Of a stretch of 64,000 nt of DNA, positions 37,886 to 47,953 are shown in pieces. How positions within the stretch are numbered: position 1 is the first letter of the stretch; each line of letters starts with the position of its first letter. The notes under the pieces were generated by a model. That model worked only from the letters and a program-made list of their open reading frames with translations. It did not search any database and had not been told where the DNA came from. Source of the DNA: an uncultured Ruminococcus sp. (lineage in GTDB: Bacteria > Bacillota > Clostridia > Oscillospirales > Ruminococcaceae); NCBI RefSeq assembly GCF_934476685.1, contig NZ_CAKSNX010000005.1:23116-87115 (forward strand). Reading direction: 5' to 3'. A program made the translations under genes and the position numbers.

Positions 37886-38200
37886 CCGCCCCCATAAAAG
37901 GGACGACTAAAAAATCGTGATACCACCCTAATTACAAAGAATTCCCTAGTTCTCGAAACCTTATCGTTCTTGGAGTTTCTCAGTCCTTGGAACTTTCCAA
38001 CCCTTTAACCGAACGCCCATTAACAAAACGTCCCGAACAAAAGATCCTCTGTCACTCAAGATCCTTAACGCAGATGTACGTCCGCCCTTGAACAAGCGGA
38101 AGCTCCGAGGTGTCCTTCACCGCCATCGCCGCTGAGCCCTCTCACCGTATGGCTCTCGCTGAAAACAGCCGAAAACAGTTACTCTCCTCATCAAAGCCTG
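37886..38200 (-). promoter_or_regulatory. T-box leader with overlapping GAC (Asp) / CAC (His) in the specifier position
   Basis: The minus strand shows GAUGAGGAGAGUA, AGCGAGAG..GGUGAGAG, GUGAAG-GACAC-CUCGG (38114-38110), the T-box sequence AAUUAGGGUGGUAUCACG (37933-37916), and terminator gucguccc/ggggcggc + U6. Confidence 0.8.
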
Positions 38201-38244
38201 TTGCATTTTCACTTTGAACTTTTACTAATTTACCCCTGTGACCG

Positions 38245-38652
38245 TTACACTCTGGTCGGATTTACAATATCTCTCCAGTCAAGATCGCCTCTCTCCAGCG
38301 AGTGGATGAGCGCTTCCGCCGTAGCAATGTTTGTGGCAACAGGAATGTTGTGTACGTCGCATAATCTAAGCAGATTCATTTCGTTAGGCTCGTGCGGCTT
38401 AGCCGAAATAGGATCTCTGAAAAATAACAGCAGATCTATCTCATTGCATGATATCCTAGCAGCGATCTGCTGATCTCCGCCCTGTGAACCGCTGAGATAA
38501 CGCTGAATGGATAATCCTGTAGCCTCAGCCACCATTTTTCCTGTTGTACCCGTAGCGCAAAGTCTGTGCTTACTCAGTATGCCGCAGTATGCGATGCAAA
38601 ACTGCACCATAAGCTCTTTCTTAGTATCATGAGCAATAAGTGCTATGTTCAA
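38245..38652 (-). CDS. mgsA: Methylglyoxal synthase
   Basis: [13 protein letters not shown]...ATGTTG...SG..GGDQQI matches the family pattern. Confidence 0.9.
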   Translation of the reverse strand: MNIALIAHDTKKELMVQFCIAYCGILSKHRLCATGTTGKMVAEATGLSIQRYLSGSQGGDQQIAARISCNEIDLLLFFRDPISAKPHEPNEMNLLRLCDVHNIPVATNIATAEALIHSLERGDLDWRDIVNPTRV

Positions 38653-38689
38653 TGACAGTACCCCCGATCAAAAATTATTAAGTTATTTT

Positions 38690-39427
38690 TTACATCTTTA
38701 TCGAAAGCGGGATATGTTCTCCCTTGATCCTTCTGGAAATAGCGGAGAATGCAAGGAATCCCATAGAGCTTGAAGAAAGCGGCGCACCCTTTCCTGTTGC
38801 AAGCGGTATAGCCGAATCCTCAGGGATAACGCCCAGCAGCTGTACGCCTACCGTGTCGATGATAGCGTCCAGATCGTCCATCTCGTCAAACTCAAATATT
38901 CTCTTGTTAGCCTTGTTGATAACAAGACGCTGCTTCTGATTTCCTCTCTTGTAGAACTCGTCCGACATCATCTGCGCATCTCTTACACAAACAGGGTCAG
39001 GAGTAGTAACGATGAGGATAAGGTCAGAATTTGTAACTATGTCAAATACAGAGCCGTTGATACCTGCGGAGGTGTCAATGATTATGTATTCAAAATACTT
39101 TCTCATTTCCTGAGTGATCTTTTCGATATCCTCAGCCTTCAGCTGTACGAACGGATCGGAAGGTGCGCAAAGTACGCTGAGGTTAGAAGCAAGCTTTACC
39201 GTAGTGGTAGCCTTGTAAACATCACAAGTACCCTCAAGAACGTCACCCAGATCGTAAGTTATATTTCCCTGCATACCAAGCATGATATCCATACATCTCA
39301 GACCGAAGTCCAGCTCAATTATAAGGGTTCTGTTACCCTGCTTTGCAAGCGCATATCCGAGGCAGGCGCTGATAGAAGATTTGCCTGTGCCGCCCTTGCC
39401 TGAAGTAACTGCAATAATTTTTGACAT
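38690..39427 (-). CDS. MinD/ParA-family P-loop ATPase
   Basis: Deviant Walker A SGKGGTGKS and MinD-like switch regions. No minC or minE is adjacent. Confidence 0.75.
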   Translation of the reverse strand: MSKIIAVTSGKGGTGKSSISACLGYALAKQGNRTLIIELDFGLRCMDIMLGMQGNITYDLGDVLEGTCDVYKATTTVKLASNLSVLCAPSDPFVQLKAEDIEKITQEMRKYFEYIIIDTSAGINGSVFDIVTNSDLILIVTTPDPVCVRDAQMMSDEFYKRGNQKQRLVINKANKRIFEFDEMDDLDAIIDTVGVQLLGVIPEDSAIPLATGKGAPLSSSSMGFLAFSAISRRIKGEHIPLSIKM

Positions 39428-39780
39428 AAACCCATTACTCCTTTCAAATATACATTCCGTCCGTCAAGTCTGAGCCATAAGAACAGACGGAACAAACGAA
39501 ACATGATAATTCAAAAATGATAAACACCCGCTTTTATAAAAAGCCGATCATACGCTTTCGTCATATGTTTTAACTTTCGTTCATAACTTCCCCATAGAGG
39601 AAGTTCAATTATTCAAAACTCAATATGGTGTTACCTAATATATATTTTACCACAGATTTTAAAATTGTCAAAGCAATTCTTTTAAAAAAGTTTAAAATCG
39701 TTAATTCATATTAATTCACTACAAATCTTTTGTTTATAATGCACAAGATACAGTTAATAAAAATCAACAGTTTACATTAA

Positions 39781-40206
39781 AGCCGGTTCCTCCGCCCGAA
39801 AACCTTTTAACAAAAAGCCATATATTAGTTTTCCCCACCGAGGTGAATATAGCGACCCGCCCGAGGACGTGCAGGGGGCAAGCCCTTGCAGGGGAATGAG
39901 CGAGGTAGGCAAGTAAGGGGCAGCCCTCTAGCGGCGGGCTGATCGACCGCTTTGCTTTGTGCGTTTGGTAGTTTGTGATTGCTTTTTGCTTTGTTTGGTG
40001 TTTATAGTTCGTGTGCAAACTTTTAAAGCCGAGATAAGACCTAATCAAACTGAAAAGAGCCAATACAAAATCTTATCAAAGTCGGTTTAAGTAAAAGCCA
40101 TATCTCGGTTTCTTCCGAGCACAAAAGTAAAAGACCGTACAGCAGACAGCAAGTTTACCGAGCGTCCCGAATTACCCCGTCCGGGAGGACCCGCCCGAGG
40201 GCAAGA
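39781..40206 (-). repeat. Modular intergenic repeat, copy D (degenerate M1 piece + internally deleted M2 in reverse + M1 body)
   Basis: cccgcccgaggac junction motifs lie near both ends (39856-39870 and 40188-40202). The M2 ends are present (gcaagcccttgcagggg...gtaaggggcagccctct | ctttgctttgtgcgtttgg), but the central hairpin chain is missing. Confidence 0.8.
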
Positions 40207-40267
40207 CATAATTAAAAAAGTTACACATATATATGTACAAACCTTATAAGGACAAGGAGGACATATT

Positions 40268-40732
40268 ATGTTTATTAAAACTATCAAGGTCAGAAAACCG
40301 AAAATTTTTGCAGCCATTCTTGCCGCCGCAGGCATTATCTGCGCCGTGCTGCTTGTCATCGCAGCTTGCCGACTGTCATCTAAAAACGATATCCGTGAGC
40401 TGAACAGCGAAACAAAACGTCAGAATTTCCTCACCGAAATGGGCTGGGAAGTTTCCGACGAGTACGACGAGTGCAAGGTCATCACTATCCCCGAAGACTT
40501 CAACGAGGTCTACCAAAATTATAACAAACTCCAGAAGGAGCAAGGCTTTGACCTCACGAAATTCAAAGGCAAGACCGCCGAAGTCTATACATATAAAATA
40601 AAGAACTACCCCAAGCACGAAAATGAGGAAGGCATCATCTGTAACCTCATCGTCTGCGAGGATCAGCTCATCGGCGGCGACGTGTGCAGTACCGCCCTCG
40701 ACGGCTTTATGCAGGGTCTCCGCAAAGGCTGA
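40268..40732 (+). CDS. DUF4830 domain protein (N-terminal membrane anchor)
   Basis: FL...GWEV......V.IPE.F.EVY..YN.LQ...GFDL.K.KGK....YTY...NYP matches the remembered DUF4830 pattern. Confidence 0.65.
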   Translation: MFIKTIKVRKPKIFAAILAAAGIICAVLLVIAACRLSSKNDIRELNSETKRQNFLTEMGWEVSDEYDECKVITIPEDFNEVYQNYNKLQKEQGFDLTKFKGKTAEVYTYKIKNYPKHENEEGIICNLIVCEDQLIGGDVCSTALDGFMQGLRKG

Positions 40733-40882
40733 CCCCCGACCGCAATAACGTACACCAAGCAATAAATTCTATTGACTTTTTTCAAACGTTATGGTAAAAT
40801 TAAAAGCAGTAAATTGTAAGATCTGTGTATGGACTAAAGGAATATAAAAACTTATAGGAATATGTATAAAGGGGATATTATA

Positions 40883-41866
40883 ATGAAAAAACTGCTTTTT
40901 GTTTTCAATCCCTATGCGGGAAAAGGTCAGATAAGAAATAACCTTTGCGACGTTGTGGATATCTTCACAAAAGGCGGCTACGATACCGTAGTCCACCCTA
41001 CCCAAGCACCCCGTGACGGCTATAATAAAATAGTCACCGAGGGCAGTCAGTACGACCTTATCTGCTGCTGCGGCGGCGACGGCACTCTCTCCGAGGCTGT
41101 AAAGGCTATGATGACCCTCAATAAAAAAATACCTCTGGGGTATATCCCCGCCGGCTCTACAAATGACGTTGCCCAGTCCCTGAGCATACCGAAAAAGATC
41201 ACCGACTGCGCAAGCTCTATTATGAACGGCACTTTTTTCGACTATGACGTGGGCTGCTTTAACGGCGAGTATTTCGTCTACGTCGCAGGATTCGGCGCAT
41301 TCACCGACGTTTCCTACGAAACCCCTCAGAACTATAAAAACATCTTCGGCCACGCAGCCTATGTCGCCGAAGGTCTTAAACGCATAAGCAAAATAAGAGG
41401 ACAGGAAGTCACCGTCGAGCATGACGGCGAAACCATAAGCGGCAACTTTATCCTCGGACTTATCTCCAACACCGTTTCTATCGGCGGAATGAAAAAGCTT
41501 ATTGCCGACGGAGTGTGCTTTGACGACGGACTCTTTGAAGTCTGCCTTGTGAAAACGCCGAAAAATATGCTGGAGCTTAACAGCCTGCTGACAGAAGCTG
41601 CGCTGAACAAGCTCACAAACAAGAATTTCGTCACCTTCAAGACCTCTAGGCTCACTATAAAGAGTAAGGAAAGCATAGCATGGACGCTTGACGGCGAGTC
41701 TGGCGGCAGCCATACAGAAGTCGAGATAATCAATATGAAACAGGCAGTAAGACTGAGAATGCAGTTCAGCGAAATAACCGCCGAGCAGGAATCCGTCAGA
41801 CAGTCCGCTATAACGGAGGAGTACCGCCCCGTAGTAATGGAAGATCAGTCTGATATCGAAACCTGA
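40883..41866 (+). CDS. Diacylglycerol/lipid kinase family protein (YegS/DagK-like)
   Basis: LLFVFNPYAGKG and GGDGTL motifs. The ATG at 40883 follows AGGGGA. Confidence 0.8.
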   Translation: MKKLLFVFNPYAGKGQIRNNLCDVVDIFTKGGYDTVVHPTQAPRDGYNKIVTEGSQYDLICCCGGDGTLSEAVKAMMTLNKKIPLGYIPAGSTNDVAQSLSIPKKITDCASSIMNGTFFDYDVGCFNGEYFVYVAGFGAFTDVSYETPQNYKNIFGHAAYVAEGLKRISKIRGQEVTVEHDGETISGNFILGLISNTVSIGGMKKLIADGVCFDDGLFEVCLVKTPKNMLELNSLLTEAALNKLTNKNFVTFKTSRLTIKSKESIAWTLDGESGGSHTEVEIINMKQAVRLRMQFSEITAEQESVRQSAITEEYRPVVMEDQSDIET

Positions 41867-41898
41867 AAAGACCAAAAGTGAAAAATAAAAAATGACCG

Positions 41899-41940
41899 AA
41901 AAAAAGCGGAACGATGCAATAAAACATCGTTCCGTTTTTT
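41899..41940. terminator. Bidirectional terminator shared by the lipid kinase gene and rnpB
   Basis: Stem cggaacgatg/catcgttccg with A7 upstream and T6 downstream. Confidence 0.75.
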
Positions 41941-42285
41941 GTGACCAGACCTGTAAGCCGAGTTTTGTCGAGTACGGTAATCTATCTACTCCGTGCGTCG
42001 CCGCACGGCTCTAGCCACCTATGATCTGCGGTCTGACGAGCAGCCATTGACCGTTAGACCACCATTGGTGTTGCATCGGATAAGGTTTACATGGCAGCGT
42101 CATCACTGACGCTCCGGTGAGCTCTTACCTCGCCTTTCCACCCTTACCGAAATAAATCGGCGGTATATCTCTGCTGCACTAGCTCGGAGGTCGCCCTCGG
42201 CTGACGTTATCAGCTATCCTGCTCTGTGATGCTCGGACTTTCCTCATAAACATAAAACGTTCACGCTACCGTACAGTCTGCTCAC
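41941..42285 (-). ncRNA. rnpB: RNase P RNA (bacterial type A)
   Basis: The minus strand carries GAGGAAAGUCCGAGC, GGUAAGGGUGGAAAGG.GAGGUAAGAGCUCACC, AGAUAGAUUACC and ACAAAACUCGGCUUACAG. A P1 helix pairs GUGAGCAGACUG with CAGGUCUGGUCAC. Length is about 345 nt. Confidence 0.9.
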
Positions 42286-42292
42286 AAAAAAG

Positions 42293-42321
42293 ATTATACC
42301 ACACCCAAAATCATTTGTCAA
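42293..42321 (-). promoter_or_regulatory. Consensus sigma-70 promoter of rnpB
   Basis: On the minus strand: TTGACA (42321-42316), a 17-nt spacer, TATAAT (42298-42293). The predicted RNA 5' end lies about 7-8 nt downstream. Confidence 0.7.
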
Positions 42322-42905
42322 CGGTCCTCTGTCCTCGGGCGGACGGCTCGGTTCGCTACGCTCGACAAGCTCGCTGTCTGCGGTCGGGGCTTTTACATAG
42401 CGCTCGGAAGAAACCAAGATATGTCTTTTACTGAAACACACTTTGATAAGGTCTTGTATCGGCACTTTTCAATTTGATGCGGTCTATTGTGGATTTCCTC
42501 TCAATGTTTCCGTAGGGGCGACCTGCGGTCGCCCGCTTATCCCAACTTCGCTAAACCAACTTCTTATCCCAACTTTGTCACAATCTTATCTCGGCTTTTC
42601 ACGCTCGCACACAAACCACCAAACGCACAAAGCAAGTTTTAGGATCAACCCCTTTTACAAAAGGGGTTGCAGGGGCTCAAAGGGGGCAGCGCCCCTTTGT
42701 CGCTCCCGCAGGAGCGAAATCCCCCACAGCGTGAGCTCCGCATAGGGTGAATTTGAAAATAGTCCAGCGGACTGTTTTCAAAGAGGGGCATGCCCTGCGA
42801 TAGAGGGCTGCCCCTTACTTGCCTACCGCACTCATTCCCCTGCAAGGGCTTGCCCCTTGCACGTTCTCGAGCGGACGGCTCGGTTAGGAACACTCGCCAA
42901 ACTCC
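42322..42905 (+). repeat. Modular intergenic repeat, copy E (M1 body + REP-like hairpin + spacer + complete M2 + restart of M1)
   Basis: GTAG hairpin at 42512-42534. The M2 hairpin chain spans about 42600-42870. The last about 35 bp (ctcgagcggacggctcggtt..) repeat the first bases of the element. Confidence 0.85.
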
Positions 42906-42915
42906 CCCAAAACAC

Positions 42916-42946
42916 AAAAAAGCCGCATTTTCACAGCGGCTCTTTT
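42916..42946 (-). terminator. Hairpin terminator downstream of the GNAT gene
   Basis: Stem agccgc/gcggct flanked by A5 and CTTTT. The stem is short. Confidence 0.5.
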
Positions 42947-42978
42947 ATGTTTGATTTTTAATTGTTAAAACGGTATCT

Positions 42979-43404
42979 CTACTTCTGTTGCCATGTCATC
43001 ACATAATCTTTTTCACCGGTAGCATTATCCAAGCCTTCGTCCTGAATTTCAAAACCCTCTCTCTGGTAAAAAGATATCGCCCGTGTGTTTTGCTTATATA
43101 CGTTTAATCGTAATTTAGGCTTTCTATCTTTTGCATGATCCAGCAAAAACTTGCCTATGCCCTGCGACTGCTTTTCGTCAGAAACAAAGATCCCTTCAAT
43201 ATATTCGCCGCTCAAGCCTATAAAACCGTGTATCTCTTTATCATCTTCATACACATAAACTTCTGCCTGCGATAGCATTTCTTTCACTAATTCAAAATTA
43301 CTTTTCCAGTATCGAGCAGGAATAAAATAATGTGCTTTTAAATTGGTGTCTAACCATATATCAGCGACCCTGTTTATATCTGTTTTCCTTAACTCTCTTA
43401 TCAT
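42979..43404 (-). CDS. GNAT N-acetyltransferase
   Basis: IRELRKTD...GFIGL....IEGIFV....QSQGIGK.LL (GNAT motif A). The ATG at 43404 is preferred over the longer track ORF. Confidence 0.7.
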   Translation of the reverse strand: MIRELRKTDINRVADIWLDTNLKAHYFIPARYWKSNFELVKEMLSQAEVYVYEDDKEIHGFIGLSGEYIEGIFVSDEKQSQGIGKFLLDHAKDRKPKLRLNVYKQNTRAISFYQREGFEIQDEGLDNATGEKDYVMTWQQK

Positions 43405-43441
43405 AACGTTCTCTCCGCAAAATCCCTGTTTACCCCTCACA

Positions 43442-44806
43442 TCACAAGAAAATATACTTCAGCACGAACAATACCGCCAGTACATACATCAAAGGCTTTA
43501 TCTCCTTTGACTTTCCGCAGATAAGATTTATCACAACGTATGAAATAACTCCAATGGATATGCCCTCCGAAATGCTGTAAAACAGCGGCATGGAAATTAT
43601 GCATAAGTATGCAGGTATCGCAGATGTGTAATCTTCGTCCGCAAAGCTTATGTCCGTTATCGAGGTTATCATAAGAAATCCTACCATTATAAGCGCAGGC
43701 GCCGTCGCAAATGACGGTACAGATGTGAATATCGGCGCAAAGAACATTGAGATAAGGAAAAGTACTCCCGTCGATATGGTCGAAAGTCCTGTCCTGCCTC
43801 CTGCCGCTACTCCTGCCGATGACTCAACAAATGTCGTTGTGGTGGAAGTTCCCAGTACAGCTCCCGCCGTCGTCGCAGCTGCGTCTGCAAGCAGCGCAGG
43901 CTTTATGTTCGGCAGCCTGCCCTCTTCATCAAGCATTCCCGCTTTGGAGCTTACTCCGATAAGTACCCCCAGCGTGTCAAAAAGGTCTACGAACAGGAAC
44001 GAGAATATGACTACTATAAAATTGAATATTCCCACACTGCCAAGATCAGCCTTGAAACATTGTCCGAAAGTTTCCCCAAGCTTTGAAAAATCCGTCATGT
44101 GCATTGACGGGAAAAGCGTGTAAAATCCTGCCTCAGCGTCAGGTACATATAACCCGATAAGCTGACATATCATTCCCAGCACCCATGTTCCCAGTATGCC
44201 TATGAGTATTGAGCCCTTTACATTCTTTATATAAAGTATCGCCGTCAGAAATACTCCTATGACCGCCAGTAAAGCGGATATTCCCGCCGTGTTGAAATTC
44301 TCCGTAAAGCTAGTCATAGCCACAAGCGTCCTGTCGCTGTTTGTGCATATGCCGCAGTTCTGTAATCCTATGAACGCAATGTATATTCCTATTCCCACCG
44401 ATACAGCCTTTTTCAGCTGCGCAGGTATAGCGTTGAATATAGCCTCACGCACATTCGTCAGCGAAAGTATTATGAATACTATTCCCTCTATGAATACCGC
44501 CAGCAGTGCTACCTGCCATGAGTATCCGTAGTTGTCTACTACCGTGTACGCAAAAAATGCGTTCAGTCCCATTCCCGCCGAAAGCGCAAAAGGCAGATTT
44601 GCCATAAATCCCATGCAGGCACAGCCTATCCCCGATGCTATGCAGGTCGCCAGCAGTACCGCCGTAGAGTCCATTCCCGTTGATGAAAGTATGCTCGGAT
44701 TTACCGCAAGAATGTATGCCATGGTCATAAACGTTGTTATGCCCGCCATTATCTCCGTCCTTACGTTAGTGCCGTTCTCTTTCAGCTTAAAGATCTTTTC
44801 AAACAT
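43442..44806 (-). CDS. NCS2-family purine permease (adenine / guanine-hypoxanthine type)
   Basis: N-terminus F.L.E.GT.VRTE..AG.TTF.TMAYI..VNP is characteristic of PbuG/PurP-type permeases. Multi-TM. Confidence 0.85.
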   Translation of the reverse strand: MFEKIFKLKENGTNVRTEIMAGITTFMTMAYILAVNPSILSSTGMDSTAVLLATCIASGIGCACMGFMANLPFALSAGMGLNAFFAYTVVDNYGYSWQVALLAVFIEGIVFIILSLTNVREAIFNAIPAQLKKAVSVGIGIYIAFIGLQNCGICTNSDRTLVAMTSFTENFNTAGISALLAVIGVFLTAILYIKNVKGSILIGILGTWVLGMICQLIGLYVPDAEAGFYTLFPSMHMTDFSKLGETFGQCFKADLGSVGIFNFIVVIFSFLFVDLFDTLGVLIGVSSKAGMLDEEGRLPNIKPALLADAAATTAGAVLGTSTTTTFVESSAGVAAGGRTGLSTISTGVLFLISMFFAPIFTSVPSFATAPALIMVGFLMITSITDISFADEDYTSAIPAYLCIISMPLFYSISEGISIGVISYVVINLICGKSKEIKPLMYVLAVLFVLKYIFL

Positions 44807-44841
44807 ATCTTGTATTTTTCTCCTTGATAAACTCCATAAAA

Positions 44842-45399
44842 TTACTTTTCAGCCTGTCCCTCAGGATCGTATTCAGCTATGTACGGCAGATTTCTGTACA
44901 TCTCTCCGCAGTCAAGTCCGTATCCGATAACAAAAAGATCAGGTATAGTGAAAAGCGAGCGGTCAGCCTTCAGATCCACAAGCCTCCTGTCAGGCTTGTC
45001 CAGCAGCGTTACCACCTTCAGCGAAAGAGGGTTTCTCGCCTTCAGCAGCTTTATAACGTCCGCCAGCGTCCTTCCCGTGTCAATAATGTCCTCTGCGATT
45101 ATAACGTGATACTTGCTTATGTCCTGCGCAAGATCCATAGTGATGTTTACTATTCCCGAAGATGACGTGCCGTTGTAATAGCTCTGAGCGCACATAAAAC
45201 CTATCTCGCAAGGTATGTCCACCGCCCTGCAAAGGTCCGCCATAAATACGAACGCACCCTTGAGAATGCTTACGATAAGCAGCGGCTTGCCCTCATATTC
45301 ACGGCTTATGTCCGCACCGACCTCAGCTATCTTGCTGTCGATCTCTTCCTTTGTTATCAATACTCTCTTGATCTTGCCTCTGTACTCTGTGCTGTTCAT
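44842..45399 (-). CDS. hpt: Hypoxanthine phosphoribosyltransferase
   Basis: LIVSILKGAFVFMADL and PRPP motif IIAEDIIDTGRTL. The ATG at 45399 (MNSTEY) is preferred. Confidence 0.9.
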   Translation of the reverse strand: MNSTEYRGKIKRVLITKEEIDSKIAEVGADISREYEGKPLLIVSILKGAFVFMADLCRAVDIPCEIGFMCAQSYYNGTSSSGIVNITMDLAQDISKYHVIIAEDIIDTGRTLADVIKLLKARNPLSLKVVTLLDKPDRRLVDLKADRSLFTIPDLFVIGYGLDCGEMYRNLPYIAEYDPEGQAEK

Positions 45400-45843
45400 A
45401 CTCCCAACCTCACTTGAAATTTTGATATGTAAATTATAAAAAATAAATGCTGCACAAAGCCACAATATTTCCCCCTGTGCAGACCGTTTAATATATTTTA
45501 CCCTACTTTTATCCTAAAGTCAATTATTTCAGTAAATTCCCATAAAATTTTCACTATGAGCAAAAACTTTGTTAATTTTCCATTGCCATTCTGTGTCAAA
45601 ATTGCTTACTTTCATCTTCCATACCCTTGAAAATTGTCCTATTCAGACAAAATATTTTTTAAATTTTCAAATCATATATACATTATGTAACATTCTGCCC
45701 CCAAACACAGCCGTAATTTACCAAAACCGCTTAAGATATTTTTAAGAAAAACCTATAAAAGAATTTAAGCAAATGATGATATAATACAACTCGTGTTAAA
45801 AATAAAGAATAAAAAGATATGAACAAAAAAGGAGATACAAAAA

Positions 45844-47346
45844 ATGAATGCCATAGGAAAACTGATAAACGGCGGCTTTACGCTGTTTTTCGGTCTGATA
45901 ATAATACTTGCGCTGGGCGGAGCAAGCTTTCATATAAGCGAAAGCCGCTTTGTTTCCGTAAGCCTTGTCCTGCTGCTCGCCATAGCCGCTTTCGGACTCT
46001 TCCTGCTTACAGGAAAGCTTGAAAAATATTTCGCCAATAAATTCGGCAGCGATAAAAAGAAATACCGTACCGCCTTTGTGATAATGACCCTCTTTCTCAT
46101 CGCCGTCCAGACCGCCGTCGCAGTCTTTACAGATTTCACCCCAAAGAATGACCTTTCCTATCTCTGTCAGGGCGCAGAAAACGTCCTGCGTAACGGCGCA
46201 GACCACCTCTATGACGGACTTCCCCAGCGCCACCAGCACTATTTCGCCGTCTATCCAAATAACCATATGCTCTATCTTATTATCCTTGCCCTTTATAAAA
46301 TAGAGTTTGCCCTCACAGGGAATATAACGAACTTCCTCCCCATAGCTGTAAACATCATCGGACTTGATATCTCCTATATCCTTATGTATAAGTCCGCCAA
46401 GCTTATCTATTCCCCCGAAAAGGCCCTCACCTGCGCAGTAAAAGGACTGCTGTTCACTCCCCTTTTCACCTATTCGCAGATATTCTATACCGACTCCATA
46501 TCCATGCCATGGCTTACCGCCGCAGTGTATGTCTACCTTAAATGGAGAAAGTCCTCCGACGCATATAACGCTCATAACTCAGAAGATAATATTAATAATA
46601 GTATAAATAATAAAGGAAGCAGAAGATCCTATATCCTCCGCTCCTGCCTCTATCTCCTCCTCTGCGGAATTTTCACCGCCATAGCATATAAGATAAAAGG
46701 CAGCAACGCTATCCTCCTCCCCGCAATTTTCCTCGACCTTATCTTCCGCAGAAAAGGCATAGTGAAAAAGTTTGCCCCCACCGCCACCATCGCAGCAGTT
46801 TTCTGCCTGTCCTGCCTGCTCCTCAGCACCCTCGTGAACAGCGTCCTAAAGATCGACAAAAACGAGCTTTATGACTATGAGTTCCCCCTTATCCATTGGG
46901 TAATGATGAGCGCCGACGGAAACGGCGGATATAACGTCAATGACTTCTACTATACCAAAAGCTATAAAGGCTACGACCATAAAGTCAGCGCCGATATCAC
47001 CCGTCTGAGCGATAAAATATCCGAACAGGGCGCAGGAGGCTTTGCCGCCCACCTCGCATATAAAGCCTCCTATACATGGAAAAACGGCGGCTATATGGCT
47101 GACTATTACCTTGACTCCGCTGTCTTTCATAATAAAGTCTTCTATATCATAACCGCCCTCTGCCATTTCACCCTGCTCTTCTCCGTCCTCAGCTCCTTCG
47201 CCGCAAAAGTCCGTTCAAAAACCGATGTCATAGCAGACAACTTTGTGCTTAAACTTATGTTCATCGGCATAACAGTTTTCCTGCTTATCTGGGAAGCACG
47301 CTGCCGCTACCTCGTCAGCTTCTTCATGCTCTTCCCGCTCCTCTAA
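45844..47346 (+). CDS. Polytopic membrane protein, possibly a GT-C-type (ArnT/PMT-like) glycosyltransferase
   Basis: A 500-aa ORF with more than 10 hydrophobic segments and a large loop. The family assignment is tentative. Confidence 0.55.
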   Translation: MNAIGKLINGGFTLFFGLIIILALGGASFHISESRFVSVSLVLLLAIAAFGLFLLTGKLEKYFANKFGSDKKKYRTAFVIMTLFLIAVQTAVAVFTDFTPKNDLSYLCQGAENVLRNGADHLYDGLPQRHQHYFAVYPNNHMLYLIILALYKIEFALTGNITNFLPIAVNIIGLDISYILMYKSAKLIYSPEKALTCAVKGLLFTPLFTYSQIFYTDSISMPWLTAAVYVYLKWRKSSDAYNAHNSEDNINNSINNKGSRRSYILRSCLYLLLCGIFTAIAYKIKGSNAILLPAIFLDLIFRRKGIVKKFAPTATIAAVFCLSCLLLSTLVNSVLKIDKNELYDYEFPLIHWVMMSADGNGGYNVNDFYYTKSYKGYDHKVSADITRLSDKISEQGAGGFAAHLAYKASYTWKNGGYMADYYLDSAVFHNKVFYIITALCHFTLLFSVLSSFAAKVRSKTDVIADNFVLKLMFIGITVFLLIWEARCRYLVSFFMLFPLL

Positions 47347-47357
47347 TTTAATAACAA

Positions 47358-47397
47358 AAGAAACAGCTGCATACTTGAGGGTATACAGCTGTTTCTT
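47358..47397. terminator. Bidirectional hairpin terminator
   Basis: Stem aagaaacagctg.ata/tatacagctgtttctt. Confidence 0.6.
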
Positions 47398-47439
47398 CGT
47401 AGTAATAGATATATAGATATAGTTATGCACTCGATCTCT

Positions 47440-47652
47440 TCACACCATGCGCTCCGCCTTTGAACAGACCGATACAGCGCTGGAAATTATCCTCCTCAGA
47501 TCCGTCGTCCTCTTCTCCGTGTCATATACAACACATCTCGCCCTGTACCTCTGATTGCTCTCGTGCAGGACAAAAAGCGCCTGCTCCACCGTCTGAGCCT
47601 CACCTATCTTGTATCCGCCCTTGCACATAGGCAAAAATATGCTGTACCTCAT
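47440..47652 (-). CDS. Hypothetical 70-aa protein
   Basis: A G-rich RBS (GGGGGG) lies about 8 nt upstream. No family recognised, so it may not be coding. Confidence 0.3.
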   Translation of the reverse strand: MRYSIFLPMCKGGYKIGEAQTVEQALFVLHESNQRYRARCVVYDTEKRTTDLRRIISSAVSVCSKAERMV

Positions 47653-47953
47653 TTTAAATCCCCCCGATTTTCATGTTCTCAATTTATCATTTTTTTGATA
47701 TATTATTTTGTCTTATTTTTTTCGGTTTAATTTATTTACATCATATCACCCTTTCACCGCAGTGTCAACGAAGATCTCCCACTTTTCCGCCGTCTCACCG
47801 CTTAAACGCAGAAAATTTTACAGCCGTTTTACATGATCCCCTCCCCACAGGCATAAATATTGTATCCGGCGAATATCCCCCTCCAAAGCCTTGTTTTCCG
47901 CCCTCCCACAACAAATATCCGCCCAATAGTGATTTTGCACAAACCCGAAAAAG

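Noticed and set aside
40769-41875. A 368-aa minus-strand ORF covering the whole lipid-kinase gene
   Set aside because: It is the antisense shadow of the + strand gene, which has clear DAG-kinase motifs (NPYAGKG, GGDGTL) and an RBS. The antisense product is low-complexity and has no RBS.
42600-42905. M2 as a large ornate ncRNA of the ROOL/GOLLD/HEARO class
   Set aside because: It is multi-copy, occurs in both orientations, is fused to other modules and has internal deletions (copy D), all of which fit a mobile repeat better. I cannot match it to any remembered consensus. It is kept only as a structured-repeat finding.
45400-45843. A purine riboswitch upstream of hpt / the purine permease
   Set aside because: I looked on the minus strand for the conserved purine-aptamer strings (UAUAAU...GGG.AUAUGG...CUACC...CCGUAAAU) and found none.
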